Source: Pecten maximus (lineage: Eukaryota). Taken from it: a DNA stretch of 64,000 nucleotides. The stretch lies in contig NC_047017.1 in the NCBI RefSeq assembly GCF_902652985.1, positions 47,244,001-47,308,000 on the forward strand, written 5' to 3'. Positions 50,387-63,880 of the stretch are shown here, in pieces. Numbering within the stretch: position 1 is the stretch's first letter; every line of letters begins with the position of its first letter. The position numbers were made by a program, and so were the translations under genes. The notes below the pieces were generated by a model, which did no database searches, was not told where the DNA came from, and was given only the letters and a program-made list of their open reading frames with translations.

Positions 50387-52143
50387 TTATCAGTGTACAT
50401 TAATTATCACTTCATGTCCAACTTGTACCAAGCAGGACACTACCAGGAGTAATATCCAGACCTTGTGATACATGTTATTGTGATTGTAATGAATGGAAAT
50501 GGAATTTTAATATAGAAGTGTACCAATATTTAGGAAAATACCAAGAACAATTGAGGTCCTTATTATGTCAATTCATCCAAATACCTTGGAATACATTGTA
50601 ATGATTTTAAGGTATCAGAGTTAATTTATATGCGTTTTATCAGTAGTTGGTGTTAATCGTATATGTTTAACAGCATCACCAGGTATGTTTGTGTCCTAAA
50701 CTACATGACTTTAACAGAAACTCCAGTGATACTGTATGTTTGTGACATAGGGGTAATATCCTAGATCTTATCACGGCTTTCTTTGATAAAAGCACATGCA
50801 TGTTCCATCACCAAGAAAAGCTGTCTTACATTCTGCTGTCAGCTCTTTACTACAAAAAATGTCTATAGAAAAAGGGATCTGTATGGTAGATTCTCAGGAA
50901 ATAAAAAGCATACTTTCCTCACAAAATTTGCCACAAGGGAGATTTTTAGTGATGGCTGATTTTATCAGGCTATCGTGGCTTTGATACATGTGCACATGAC
51001 ATCACCCTTTAATTACCAGACTGGGACAGTGAGATCAGAACAAGGGGGAGGGGGAGATAAGAAGGAGGGGCAGAACAGTTGTTTCCTTTCAGCACGCATC
51101 TTACCGCATATGTCAGACACAACAAGTCCTGCAATCAAATCAGGCAATATCGGGAACCGCTGCAAACTGGTCGACAGAATTGCCTGCCAAATGCCAAAAT
51201 ATCAAAAATCATAGGGTTAAAAAAGGGATAGAAAACCGGAAGACTGGGTTTAGGAATTACAGGGCAACTTTTACAGAGTGTGTGTATTATAGGATGGTAA
51301 TACAGAGATACAGATTGGCAAAGTATTATAAGCATCAGTTAGGTTTTATACTGTGATTTCCTGCTGTTCCCAGGAAACTTTTTGATATCAAAACCTTGAA
51401 GGTATATTACGTATGTATATAGATCGTTGATGATCGTACGGGTTGGTGAGATAGTTTTCACAACATTTCAGTATCCTATCTTCATATACCAGAAAAAAAA
51501 ACTGAAAAGCGGATGGGTGGTTATGATGGTATTTGATGTAGAATTTGCACTTTGGTATGTCTAGGTTCCGCATTTCTGTAATACTACCTGACACTATACT
51601 GTCTATAGGGGTATTAAAGAAGCTTGTAACATCTGAAATTCTATATATCCTTACTTATTCCTGTATTTTATGATTTTTTCAGAGAAACTCTGGGAACATA
51701 GATGTGAGGAAGTTCCAAGCTGAAGGCATAGGAATGTGGAAAAGTGGTTTAATCGGCTTATTATCTAGATAAAGTTGGAGGGGATCAGCAGGAGTCGGAC
51801 CATTCAGGATGATGGTGGCAGACATCACCTGACTGGCTGTTCCCTAGCCAGCCCCAGACAGCTGCTTCCCTATCGTATGGCTTGTCTCCAGGTCAGAAAG
51901 GGGCTTATCCATTCAGGGGACAACAGGACCTGTGAACATGGGGTAATCACCCTTGGATTATTCAGGATTAACATCTCTTAGTGAAAACTGGATTTAATGA
52001 CAGAATTATTTTTTACTGGATGTATTTTATTGACTTAACATTATCTACAAATGTTATTGGAATATCTTAAATCAATGGAAGTTTAAGTGTTTAAATGTGA
52101 ATTAATGTGATATTGAAATTTTAAGTGTTTGCTTCTTAAGACA

Positions 52144-53629
52144 ATGTCACAGACCAATAGTGTGTCAGTAGACAATGTCCGTCACAGGTCAGCACGGGCG
52201 GTGGAGTACTACAAACAACGAGTGTTACCCATTTATCAGGATAAACGGGACCCGTCCCCATCCTCCCGTCAACGTCACCATTATGGGTCAGAGGATAACC
52301 TGAACGGCCTCAACTCTAGTACAGGGGACATCAAGGGAGGTGGTGGGGACAAGAATCGACATGTAGGATTCAAGGACACCAGAGATAACGATTCCTCTTC
52401 ACACAATGGCGAAAGCTGGCTCGTCAGGGGTGGTCACCGTGCCACATTTCACGGAACTCATTCTAGTTCGTCGTGGAATAAAGGCAATGGTAGAAGCGAA
52501 GCATCATCAAGGGGGAATAACTCTCATTCAAAATCTGTCCAAAAGCCACAACAGACTCCAGAAAGTAGTGTGATGAGTAGTAGTGTAAGTAGTGGTAGTT
52601 CTTCTACAAAGCGATTCAGTAGGGGACTTTATCGCAGTAACAGTAATCTGGAGATGGACAGTATCGAGTACATTGATGCTGACGATGTGCACAATCGCAG
52701 TATACACCGTGACTACGGAAGTACTTCCTCCCTTGATATCATGGGTACGAGCACAAGTAGTGACAGCTTCTTTGCAATGTTAAAAGATTTCAAGGATGTT
52801 AATATAGATCAGCGTAGTCCTGCTCCTGCCAAATTAAGTGAGTTATTAAAGGGTGGGTTTGATGTGAAGGCCAACAATATTAGAGATCGACATTTTGAAA
52901 AGACTTCAAATGGAAGTGTTCCTATAGACAAAGTGGTCGGAGAGGATGATGTGGACAGTCCTAGAACAAAATCAAAATTCAAACATAAAGACAGGAAATC
53001 AAGGGCAAAATCTATAACTGCAGAAACAAGACCGCAAGGTCTGTTAAACAAACTCCGTGGTAAAACGGAAGTGGAATCTGGAGCAAAGACTCCAGAAAAT
53101 ATTGACATTGACCTCCGTGCAGAGGAGAGGTTACGGTGCAAGGCCATTAACCACTATGACTGTCAGAGTCTTGGATTCAGCATTCAGGATGTAGTGGATA
53201 AGCAGCACCAAGCCCTGACTGCGAAAAACATATCAACCGGAGCGTCTGCCGCTTCTGCAAATCGCAATAGTTTTGCTGCCGACAAAGATGCACCAGACAT
53301 CTTGGAAGATACGGACGATGGTGATAATAAGAGCAATGGTCTTGTTTTAAGTTGTCCGTTTTTCCGGAATGAGACAGGAGGAGAGGAGGAAAGGACGATT
53401 AGTCTAGGCAAGACTACTGTGTCGAAAAGTCCCCCTCTTCTCAATACGTCCCCAAGTGCAATAAATACCATACCAAGTCGGTCTCCAGCCTGTTGTGGTT
53501 TATCAATACTCGACTCGGCCCCAACACCAACTGGACTTATACTTCCCCATGTCGTGTTACACAGGGGTCATGTGATAGAAGGGGATGACCGTGGCGCTAC
53601 CTACTATCGGCACTTTTTCTATGGCTATG
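52144..53629 (+). CDS. SIPA1L: SIPA1-like Rap GTPase-activating protein, first coding exon
   Basis: ATG 52144; family motifs HRDYGSTSSLD, HYDCQS, TGASAA, KSNGLVLSCPFFRNETGGE, DRGATYYRHFFY; donor G|GTAGGT at 53630; likely acceptor at 51682. Confidence 0.9.
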
Positions 53630-56600
53630 GTAGGTATTCTTTGTGTGCGTCAGTTGATAGCAATGATGCTGTAAAACTATTTATATCCGTATTACTGTAC
53701 TGCCTAGGGAACCAACACATAACATATTAAGGGTGGGCTTATTGTGGGACAGTAAGATAGCATTTTACTGAACTGTGGTAGACATATAGGTGGGCTTATT
53801 ACTAGGCATGGGTTTATTGACAAATAAATATGATAATGATTTGTCAGAGTATTATTTGTGACATCTTTATTTTTGTATTGCATGACTTTATATGGATGAT
53901 GTGAACTACGTATGTATACATGTAGGTATTCTATGGCGTGTATAACACTTTCTGTCAATATATATACCACCTCGGGCACCTGACCTTGGTTATAAACAAA
54001 ATGTAGTTCATTCCCCTTATATTTATATTTTGCATCCACATATAGAAATGATGTAATCCTCGTAAGAAATTTCCACTATTCTATATTAGGTATGTACATG
54101 AATGATGGCACATTCAATCAACTGAGGATATGGTCACTGACCCATATCAGCTGTTAGTCATTAACATTGGCCATGACATCAGCAGAAGCTGATCACATTG
54201 CATCCACAGTGCTTAATATTGAGGTTATTTTGGGATTTGTGAAGATATACTAAAATAGAGATCAGGTAATTTTAAAAATTAAAAGTTGCAATTAGTCATG
54301 ATGATATATGATCAATATTATATATATGTCAACTGTATAAATCAGGATTTTGATATAGTGATTCATACATTCGACTTTAATTCTTTTCCTTGCCACTAAA
54401 TGGTTTTTTATACCTGTTCTGTATTTTAAGAACATATAAAGTTGTAAGTACTGAACCAGCTGGCCGATGTCCATATATTGAACCAGCTGTAATTGCCCAC
54501 AATAAACCACAACTTCCTAGTCAGAGGATTTTCCTTTCGGATTAACACAAGAGTGGATAATCCTCCATTAAGCCAGGCAGAAATAGTTCTATATAGCTAG
54601 GTCACAGTTTTCTCTTCTGAAGCATTCATTATATATCAGTCACATGACATTATTGATATTGATTATTCATTAAATTTCAATGAAATTATTTCTTTGATAT
54701 TTATTGTGTCAATTAATTTTAATGAAATTATTTATTGATATTTATATATATAGTGTCAATTGAATTTCATTCAAATTTTTTCATCAATATTTCATCATCC
54801 ATGACCCTTGATTTTAGCAATTTCCAAAGTCAAATAACTATTTCTCAGAAATCTTAGGATCAAAACATATGTCATACATATATAACATATATATATCCCT
54901 TTAATCTAAAGAGTTAGATCTCTTTTGGAGAGTTAAAATATAATCTCAAGGGTCTGCTAGACGCCCTGAATGTGATACATTAAATTCAATCAGTTTTATT
55001 CTTGATAATTTATGAGTTCAATTTCATTTGAACTGTTTTCTTGATATTCATCATCCATTGTTTAAAATCCAATCAAACATTGATATTTATGTCTGAAGGA
55101 CATACGATGCAATTAGACTTTCTCCTTTTCTGTAGAGTTACAATAAAATGATTCTTTTGTAAAAGAAATATTTGAGCTATAGAATGTTTCAACAACTGAA
55201 GAAATTTTATAAATTGTAAAGCTAACGATGGAGCTGCTGGGAATAACGAGGTTTGCTGTTAGTGTACAAGTTTTTTTTAAAATTAATGCTATAATAAGAT
55301 TAGTTCTTTGTATGTTCCAGGGTAAAGTTCCATAAAAACTCATTAGTTACCCCTATTCTTTCTTAATTAAATTCTGCATAGTCTTAAGCTTCAGCACTGT
55401 GAAAATTAATTTAGGATACAATCCAAGTTTAAATAGTTTGTGACAGGAGGCTGTGTCATTGTTTTCTTTAAATTAAATTTCCTATACAATTGTGTGATTA
55501 ACTGTGATAATCAATTTTATAGTGTTTTTGAAACGTGTGGCTTATAATTTTCCTCCTTGTGTCCAAGTTGATAGGATTAATAACACTCAAAAACAGGGGG
55601 AAAAAATCACAGTTTTGGATATTTATGGAACTAAGCCAGTCATGTCAGTCATGCATCTTTCAGTATTATGTACTAGAGTAAGTTACATCACTGGGTGTCT
55701 GACCCCTAGGGTCACGGCCAGTCCATGTATGGTGATTAACCATTTCACCTCTGGCCTGGACCGGTGGTAAAGGCTCCAGAATTCTATTGATTCTGTTGGG
55801 AGATCCAGGCCAGGCAATGTGCAGGTCAAAGGCTTAATTTAATCAGTGTCACTGTGTAATTACTACCAAGTAATCCAATCTGTCATTTTAAAGTGCTACA
55901 TGTCCTTACGCAATATGCATATTTCATCTTTTAGGAAATTTCTCTGTGACTTGTTCTATATAGAGAGATTGGTGTGAGTTTGATGTCGCACTGATTCTGT
56001 TACTCCAATGATAGGATATTCATGGTCTTAATGTATTTTGCTGTAAATAGAATACACATTATATATTATAGCTATTAAAAGGCTCTCCAGCCAATATTTA
56101 CACTAGAGAGATGTTTTACATTCCTGTAAATTGTCACATATCTATGTTACATTATACACATAATCCATTGGTAAACGATAACCTAATGGGAAAAGCCACA
56201 GAACTCTGGCCGTAAAACAAACACAAACGGAGAGCTCCAGGTCAGTCAGAAAACAAAGATTAGGGGCTAGCTTGGGGTCAGTCTGGAATTAGGCTTTGCT
56301 GTAATGTAAGGCTGACCTGGGTTTATGGTGACCTTAGGTCATTCAATAATATGCTGGATATGACCATTGTCCACTGGCCAAAATCTGGATTGGCTCATAT
56401 GCAGTGAACAAATGACATGAAATTCACCTTATAATAGATCTAGACTGTCACTATAATTTTTACTGGAGAGTTCTAATGAGTAACCAATGACAATCTTTCT
56501 GAGATAAAAAGTTTCAGGTTTTAAGAAGTGACTGAACTAATGAACAGGTGTTTTTGATAATTAAGGATCTTGTATTAATCTTTAAGTGTATTAGTCATCG

Positions 56601-56855
56601 ACCTGTCATAGAGACAGTTTGCATTTAAGTGGTTGTGGTCTCTTTTAGTTAGTCCCTAAATTTTCAAAGAAAAAATAATAAAATAATAAAAATAAGCATG
56701 TGTTGCATAACAGTACTTGCTGTTCATATCATTCTACAACTTGAAGTAATATTCAATAAGAACTGCCAATCTTTAGAATGAGCATTAACTGATAGAAAAC
56801 TTCCCTTGTCTTTAAGTTTTTATGGTGTGCCATGCATGTAGCTAGGTACAGGTAA

Positions 56856-59385
56856 ACTGTTATAGACAGGCCATGGTCAAGCACCAGTGTGACTGTAGTA
56901 AGACTGTTATAGACAGGCCAAGTACTAGTGTGACTGTGATAAAACTGTTATAGACAGGCCAAGTACTAGTGTGACTGTAGTAAGACTGTTATAGACAGAC
57001 CAAGCACTAGTGTGACTGTAGTAAAACTGTTGTAGACAGGCCAAGTACTAGTGTGACTGTAGTAAGACTGTTATAGACAGGCCAAGCACCAGTGTGACTG
57101 TGGTAATCAGACTGTTATAGACAGACCAAGCACCAGTGTGACTGTAGTAAAACTGTTATAGACAGGCCAAGCACCAGTGTGACTGTAGTAAGACTGTTAT
57201 AGACAGGCCAAGCACCAGTGTGACTGTGGTAATCAGACTGTTATAGACAGACCAGGCACCAGTGTGACTGTAGTAAGACTGTTATAGACAGGCCAAGCAC
57301 CAGTGTGACTGTAGTAAGACTGTTATAGACAGACCAAGCACCAGTGTGACTGTAGTAAGACTGTTATAGACAGACCAAGCACCAGTGTGACTGTAGTAAG
57401 ACTGTTATAGACAGGCCAAGCACCAGTGTGACTGTAATAAGACTGTTATAGATAGGCCAAGCACCAGTGTGACTGTAGTAAGACTGTTATAGACAGGCCA
57501 AACACCAGTTTGACTGTAGTAAGACTGTTATAGACAGGCCAAGCACCAGTGTGACTGTAGTAAGACTGTTATAGAGAAGCCAAGCACCAGTGTGACTGTA
57601 GTAAGACTGTTATAGACAGACCAAGCACCAGTGTGACTGTAGTAAGACTGTTATAGACAGGCCAAGCACCAGTGTGACTGTAGTAAGACTGTTATAGACA
57701 GGCCAAGCACTAGTGTGACTGTAGTAAAACTGTTGTAGACAGGCCAAGTACTAGTGTGACTGTAGTAAGACTGTTATAGACAGGCCAAGCACCAGTGTGA
57801 CTGTAGTAAAACTGTTGTAGACAGGCCAAGTACTAGTGTGACTGTAGTAAGACTGTTATAGACAGGCCAAGCACCAGTGTGAATGTGGTAATCAGACTGT
57901 TATAGACAGACCAAGCACCAGTGTGACTGTAGTAAGACTGTTATAGACAGGCCAAGCACCAGTGTGACTGTGGTAATCAGACTGTTATAGACGGACCAAG
58001 CACCAGTGTGACTGTAGTAAGACTGTTGTAGACAGGCCAAGTACTAGTGTGACTGTAGTAAGACTGTTATAGACAGGCCAAGCACCAGTGTGAATGTGGT
58101 AATCAGACTGTTATAGACAGACCAAGCACCAGTGTGACTGTAGTAAGACTGTTATAGACAGGCCAAGCACCAGTGTGACTGTGGTAATCAGACTGTTATA
58201 GACAGGCCAAGCACCAGTGTGACTGTGGTAATCAGACTGTTATAGACAGACCAAGCACCAGTGTGACTGTAGTAAGACTGTTATAGACAGACCAAGTACT
58301 AGTGTGACTGTAGTAAGACTGTTATAGACAGACCAAGCACCAGTGTGACTGTAGTAAGACTGTTATAGACAGACCAAGTACCAGTGTGACTGTAGTAAGA
58401 CTGTTATAGACAGGCCAAGCACCAGTGTGACTGTAGTAAGACTGTTATAGACAGGCCAAGCACCAGTGTGACTGTAGTAAGACTGTTATAGACAGACCAA
58501 GCACCAGTGTGACTGTAGTAAGACTGTTATAGACAGGCCAAGCACCAGTGTGACTGTAGTAAGACTGTTATAGACAGACCAAGCACCAGTGTGACTGTAG
58601 TAAGACTGTTATAGACAGACCAAGCACCAGTGTGACTGTAGTAAGACTGTTATAGACAGGCCAAGCACCAGTGTGACTGTAGTAAGACTGTTATAGACAG
58701 GCCAAGCACCAGTGTTACTGTAGTATAAGACTGTTATAGACAGGCCAAGTACTAGTGTGACTGTAGTAAGACTGTTATAGACAGGCCAAGTACTAGTGTG
58801 ACTGTAGTAAGTCTGTTATAGACAAGCCAAGCACCAGTGTGACTGTAGTAAGACTGTTATAGACAGGCCAAGCACCAGTGTGACTGTGGTAATCAGACTG
58901 TTATAGACAGACCAAGCACCAGTGTGACTGTAGTAAGACTGTTATAGACAGGCCAAGTACTAGTGTGACTGTAGTAAGACTGTTATAGACAGGCCAAACA
59001 CTAGTGTGACTGTAGTAAGACTGTTATAGACAGACCAAGCACCAGTGTGACTGTAGTAAGACTGTTATAGACAGGCCAAGCACCAGTGTGACTGTGGTAA
59101 TCAGACTGTTATAGACAGACCAAGCACCAGTGTGACTGTAGTAAGACTGTTATAGACGGACCAAGCACCAGTGTGACTGTAGTAAGACTGTTATAGACAG
59201 GCCAAGCACCAGTGTGACTGTGGTAATCAGACTGTTATAGACAGACCAAGCACCAGTGTGACTGTAGTAAGACTGTTATAGACGGACCAAGCACCAGTGT
59301 GACTGTAGTAAGACTGTTATAGACAGGCCAAGTACCAGTGTGACTGTAGTAAGACTGTTATAGACAGACCAAGCACCAGTGTGAC
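56856..59385. repeat. Intronic minisatellite, 41-bp unit ACTGTTATAGACAGGCCAAGCACCAGTGTGACTGTAGTAAG
   Basis: About 60 highly similar copies with an interspersed 43-bp variant (GTGGTAATCAG). Confidence 0.97.
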
Positions 59386-61117
59386 CGATGTCAGACAGCC
59401 ATGTTATACTGGCAACATAACCAATGTTACAACCAATATAACATTACACCCATCAATAAACATACAGGCACCCTCACATCTCTCAATCAAACGCAATGTT
59501 TGAATGCTAAAGTTGACATGCCAACATAGAAAGTATTTCCGTTACCATGACAACACGAGACTATCAGATGTTGTCAATTTTTCATGGAGTTAATTCTTTG
59601 TATGAGCTAATACAAACTGTATGTTTTCTCTATTACTGGCACTAAATAAGCAGCAGCATTCAGCTGTTAGGCAGACAATCAACAGATGTATTTTTTCATG
59701 TTTTTATGCACCGGTTCAGGAGTTATCAGTAAATTACGACCACAGAAAATGATAATTAGTGGCAAAAGGGTAAAGTGGATGTGGGTGCCTCTAGGTGTAG
59801 ATGAAGTCTGTCATGTCATTTTTACTGGTAACACTACTAGGAGACTCTCCTAATTAGTCAGTACAGTTCTTCACAGGGAATTAATTATATAAAGTAGCTA
59901 GATGTGGGGTGGTAGAAAGGAGCATGGGTAGAGACAGGGTGGTGACTTTAATAGGGATGAGAAAGTGTGAGAAACTTATCCTTGGATAAATAATATAAAA
60001 TATATAGTGCTGAGCTCATGTATAGTCTGTAAAAGATGTAGCTGTATCAATGTATATACATATAGCTATGTAACTTATTCATCCATATGTTAATCAGGAC
60101 CTTCCATGAGGGTTGCTTGTTTGTAGATTAACATCGAAGTACAACTTTTATAGATGCAATAATATAAAAAAAAAAAAATCCAGTGTTCTTGTCCTGTCTA
60201 TTGGCCTAGTACAAACTTTCTAAACCACTGTAGGTTTGGAGAAGTAGCCTCTGGTATATTGGGAGTTAAAGCATCAGTTTAATGTCAGAAACTGATCTTC
60301 CTGTGTGTAGATAAAACTTTAAAACAAACTAGATATGGTAGGAGACAGAAAACTGCATTATAGGGAACACACACCAGATCAATGGTGTATACGTCTACAA
60401 GTGGTATAAGGGGATTGTGCTGGGGTGGTCTGGGGGCTACCTACAGGGGGTGGTCAAGGGGGAGTCTACAAGTGGTCTAAGGGGAGTGTGCTGGGTTGGT
60501 CTGGGGGCTACCTATAGGGTGGTCAAGGGGATGTCCAGGGGTTTGTCCAGGGATGATCTTAGGAGGGGGCTAACCAGGGGTTGGTCCTAGAAGATCAACC
60601 AGGGAAGGGATGGTCCATCGGGCAAAAGGAAGCTGCTGTGTGGTTAGGGCATTGTCCAGGGTTGGTCTAGGTGTTTGACCAGAGGAGATGAAGAGTCTGG
60701 AGGCAAGAGCTGTCCAGGAGAAATCTGATCTTTACATGTGTGTGGCTATGGGGGTTTTGACCAGAATGTCAGAGATAAAACAGGCACAGGAAACCATAAA
60801 CCAGTAACTGGACCTCCCACACCAGATAATTCACTCCAATTTTACTCTCCACTGTCAGAGTATATATGCTTTGATTGCTGTCAGCGATAAAGACTTGTTA
60901 GCTTACTTAAATTCAGCTAATTATAAGAGAGTTGTGGAGCTGTTGAAAAACATACATGTACAGGAACTGAAAACACTATCGATAATGTGTTGGCACAAAA
61001 TAAATGGGTGTATAACAAAATAAAATTGAAAAAAAGTAGGGAAGCAATTGGTAGTGTTGTTGCTAATTAGAGATATGCCTTGAAAGATAAGACAATCTTT
61101 TATACTTGTTATTGCAG

Positions 61118-61263
61118 ACCACCAAAACTACTTCGGAATAGATGAAAATCTTGGTCCAGTGGCAGTAAGTCTGAGACGGGAAAAGCTAGAGGATCGGGAG
61201 AACAACTTGGGAAAGGCAGAATATGGCCAATACCAATATAGGATTATCTTCAGGACAAGTCAG
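61118..61263 (+). CDS. SIPA1L: SIPA1L coding exon 2
   Basis: TTGCAG acceptor; [23 protein letters not shown]...YRIIFRTSQ; donor at 61264; phase matches exon 1. Confidence 0.95.
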
Positions 61264-61514
61264 GTGAACAAAACAAGCTAAATATGTGTCCTATATACAC
61301 AGGACAGCTAATCCCAGTCCATCTCTATTCCATATATACATAGATAAAAATACCCACACCCTAGCTTTCCTGTTATTTGTCTTACATACCCTGTGCCCCA
61401 AGAGTTGATCTTTCTGTCCACTTTACAAACAGATAATAATACTCTCATTCCAAATATGTTTCCTTTTTAAAGATTATATCTAACTCCCTCCACAGAACAT
61501 TGTCCCCTACTCAT

Positions 61515-61990
61515 AGAGGGAAGGGAGACAACCCATTACCTATAAATGACTCTCATCTATTATACACTAAAGGAAGGGAGACAACCCATTACATTTGTAC
61601 TGACCCTTACACACAAAAGGAAGGGAGACAACCAATTACTCACATTCCTACTAACTGCTACACACAAAAGGAAGGGAGACAACCCATTACTCACATTGTG
61701 ACTGTCCCCTACACACAAAAGGAAGGGAGACAACCCATTACTCACATTTCTACTGACCCCTACACACAAAAGGAAGGGAGACAACCAATTACTCACATTT
61801 GTACTGATCCTTACACACAAAAGGAAGGGAGACAACCCATTACTCACATTCCTACTAACCGCTACACACAAAAGGAAGGGAGACAACCAATAGCCCACAT
61901 TCCTACTAACCGCTACACACAAAAGGAAGGGAGACAACCCATTACTCACATTGTGACTGTCCCCTACACAGAAGGAAGGGAAACAACCCA
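61515..61990. repeat. Intronic minisatellite, 51-bp unit (~9 copies)
   Basis: TACACACAAAAGGAAGGGAGACAACCCATTACTCACATT plus a variable 12-mer. Confidence 0.92.
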
Positions 61991-62092
61991 TGAAAAAAAT
62001 TACAACTGTCCCAAGGAATTTGTTAATTATGTAAAGCTACATAGATATGTGCATATTTGAAAGAAATGTTTGTTGTGTTTTTTTTTCACTAG

Positions 62093-62284
62093 TTGGTCAC
62101 CTTACGAGGATCAATCCTGGAGGATGCGATCCCATCATCAGGGGGTCGGCTGAGTAGCTCCCGTGGCCTCCCCATCAAAGATATCCTAGACTTTGCCCTA
62201 CCAGAGCTCCAGGCTTCCTGTTTAAAACAGTCCCTATCTAGTCAGAAAACATCCGACCAGCTCCTGAGGCTGGACGAACAAGGG
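62093..62284 (+). CDS. SIPA1L: SIPA1L coding exon 3
   Basis: LVTLRGSILEDAIPS...RGLPIKDIL...LLRLDEQG; AG/GT boundaries, phase 0. Confidence 0.95.
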
Positions 62285-62641
62285 GTAAGGTCTCAAATAT
62301 TATTATACTAGTGCTCTCAAGGTCCAAGGCAAAATGTTCAGATATCCTTAGTGTGTACATAATTCTGTATACCCCCCTTTAATTAAATAAGGAAAACTTT
62401 ACACTATGTGTTACTTATTTTCTCAAATTATTACAATTGTTATTTGTAACGAACAGTCAGGTAATCTTCATCATTGTTAAATGTAGACGAGTGCAATTAT
62501 GACGTGTATAGTCAGAAGATTTGTTTATAGAAGAGATGTTCAAGTGTTATTATAGAAATTTATAAATAATTTCCATATAAATGGATATCAATAGTTGTAT
62601 AGTTCAATCAGTCTTCACATATTTTATAATTTTCCAAACAG

Positions 62642-62717
62642 GTATCAAAAACATACAAAATTGGAGTGATGTATTGCAGAAGTGGGCAGTCGACTGAGGA
62701 GGAAATGTACAATAATG
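62642..62717 (+). CDS. SIPA1L: SIPA1L coding exon 4 (RapGAP domain)
   Basis: VSKTYKIGVMYCRSGQSTEEEMYNN; AG/GT boundaries. Confidence 0.95.
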
Positions 62718-62930
62718 GTAAATGTCCTCATAACATTAAAAAAGCTAGTCACCAACTGGTACTACCAGGAGGGACAGAATACCAGTGTGCATCGCTTAGT
62801 CAAGGACAAGTTGCCTACACCATTCACCAGCAACAGTTAAATATAACTTATAAAAATGCTGAAATTTTGTCTTTTTTTACCCTACTTTATACTGAGTTAT
62901 AATAGCCTTTTGCTCACTGTATATAAGGAT

Positions 62931-63238
62931 GGGGTTGTGATGGCTCAGACAGTAAGAGCACTATAGCTATGTAACCTCAAGGGAAGACCCCTTGTGCATG
63001 GTTCAATGCTCCCTACCCATGTTGGTTGTGTTTCTCAGAAAGCTGAGAAATTAGGTTGTCTGTGCTGATGTGGTTCTGTCCTTGGGCAAGATACTTTACC
63101 CATACTTTACCGTAATTACTCTGGATGGCATTTGGACAAGCCTCCTGTATGTTGTTCAGTGAGGTAGTCACCAACTACTACAAGGAGACTTGGCCTGAAA
63201 GTGGTTGCTGTTCATGGGCCGATAAATCCATCAAACAA
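62931..63238 (+). mobile_element. Old tRNA-derived SINE with CORE-like central segment
   Basis: A box TGGCTCAGACAG, B-box-like GGTTCAATGC, CORE-like TGTCCTTGGGCAAGATACTTTAC; second copy at 30388 (minus strand). Confidence 0.72.
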
Positions 63239-63414
63239 GCTAAAAGGAGATAAATAGTTTTGCTCACTGTATATATAACAATTTATGGCCCATTCCCCAC
63301 TGTATCTGCCTAGGGTAAACCCTTGCCATAATTACTTTTAGTAGCATGTTTCTTATTTCTGATGTGCAATGGTTTACAGGATATGTAATAGTTTACGTTT
63401 ATTTCTTCTTGCAG

Positions 63415-63513
63415 AAAACTCTGGACCAGCATTTGAAGAATTCTTGAATTGTATAGCACAGAAAGTGCGGTTAAAAAGTTTTGAGAAATATAGGGCCCAA
63501 TTAGACAACAAAA
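63415..63513 (+). CDS. SIPA1L: SIPA1L coding exon 5 (RapGAP domain)
   Basis: [33 protein letters not shown]; AG/GT boundaries. Confidence 0.96.
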
Positions 63514-63880
63514 GTAAGAATGAAATTTCTCCACTTTATACAAATAACAGTCTTGAGTGTTTCATTTAAATAATTAACTAATGTCTTGGAAATAATTTGG
63601 TTAAAAGACTGATTGGGTACAGCCTGTCAGCAGCTTTGTGATAACTATAAACCAAGTCTATGAGGTATTGTGTAATATCCGTGTTAAGGTATGACAATGT
63701 ATAACCACCAAAGAGATAACTATTTCTAAAATTATTCTTGTTTTAACAGTTGACATTATTCTCATTTTAACAGTGGTATTCAATTATAACTATCATCTAC
63801 ATAGCAATAAGCTCCCCTTGCTTCATTACTAAGATATTCCTCTTAAAATACAAACTGTATTAATATCATATTGTTTACAG

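Noticed and set aside
53630-53730. C-terminal extension of the 533-aa ORF
   Set aside because: Intron read-through after the donor at 53630
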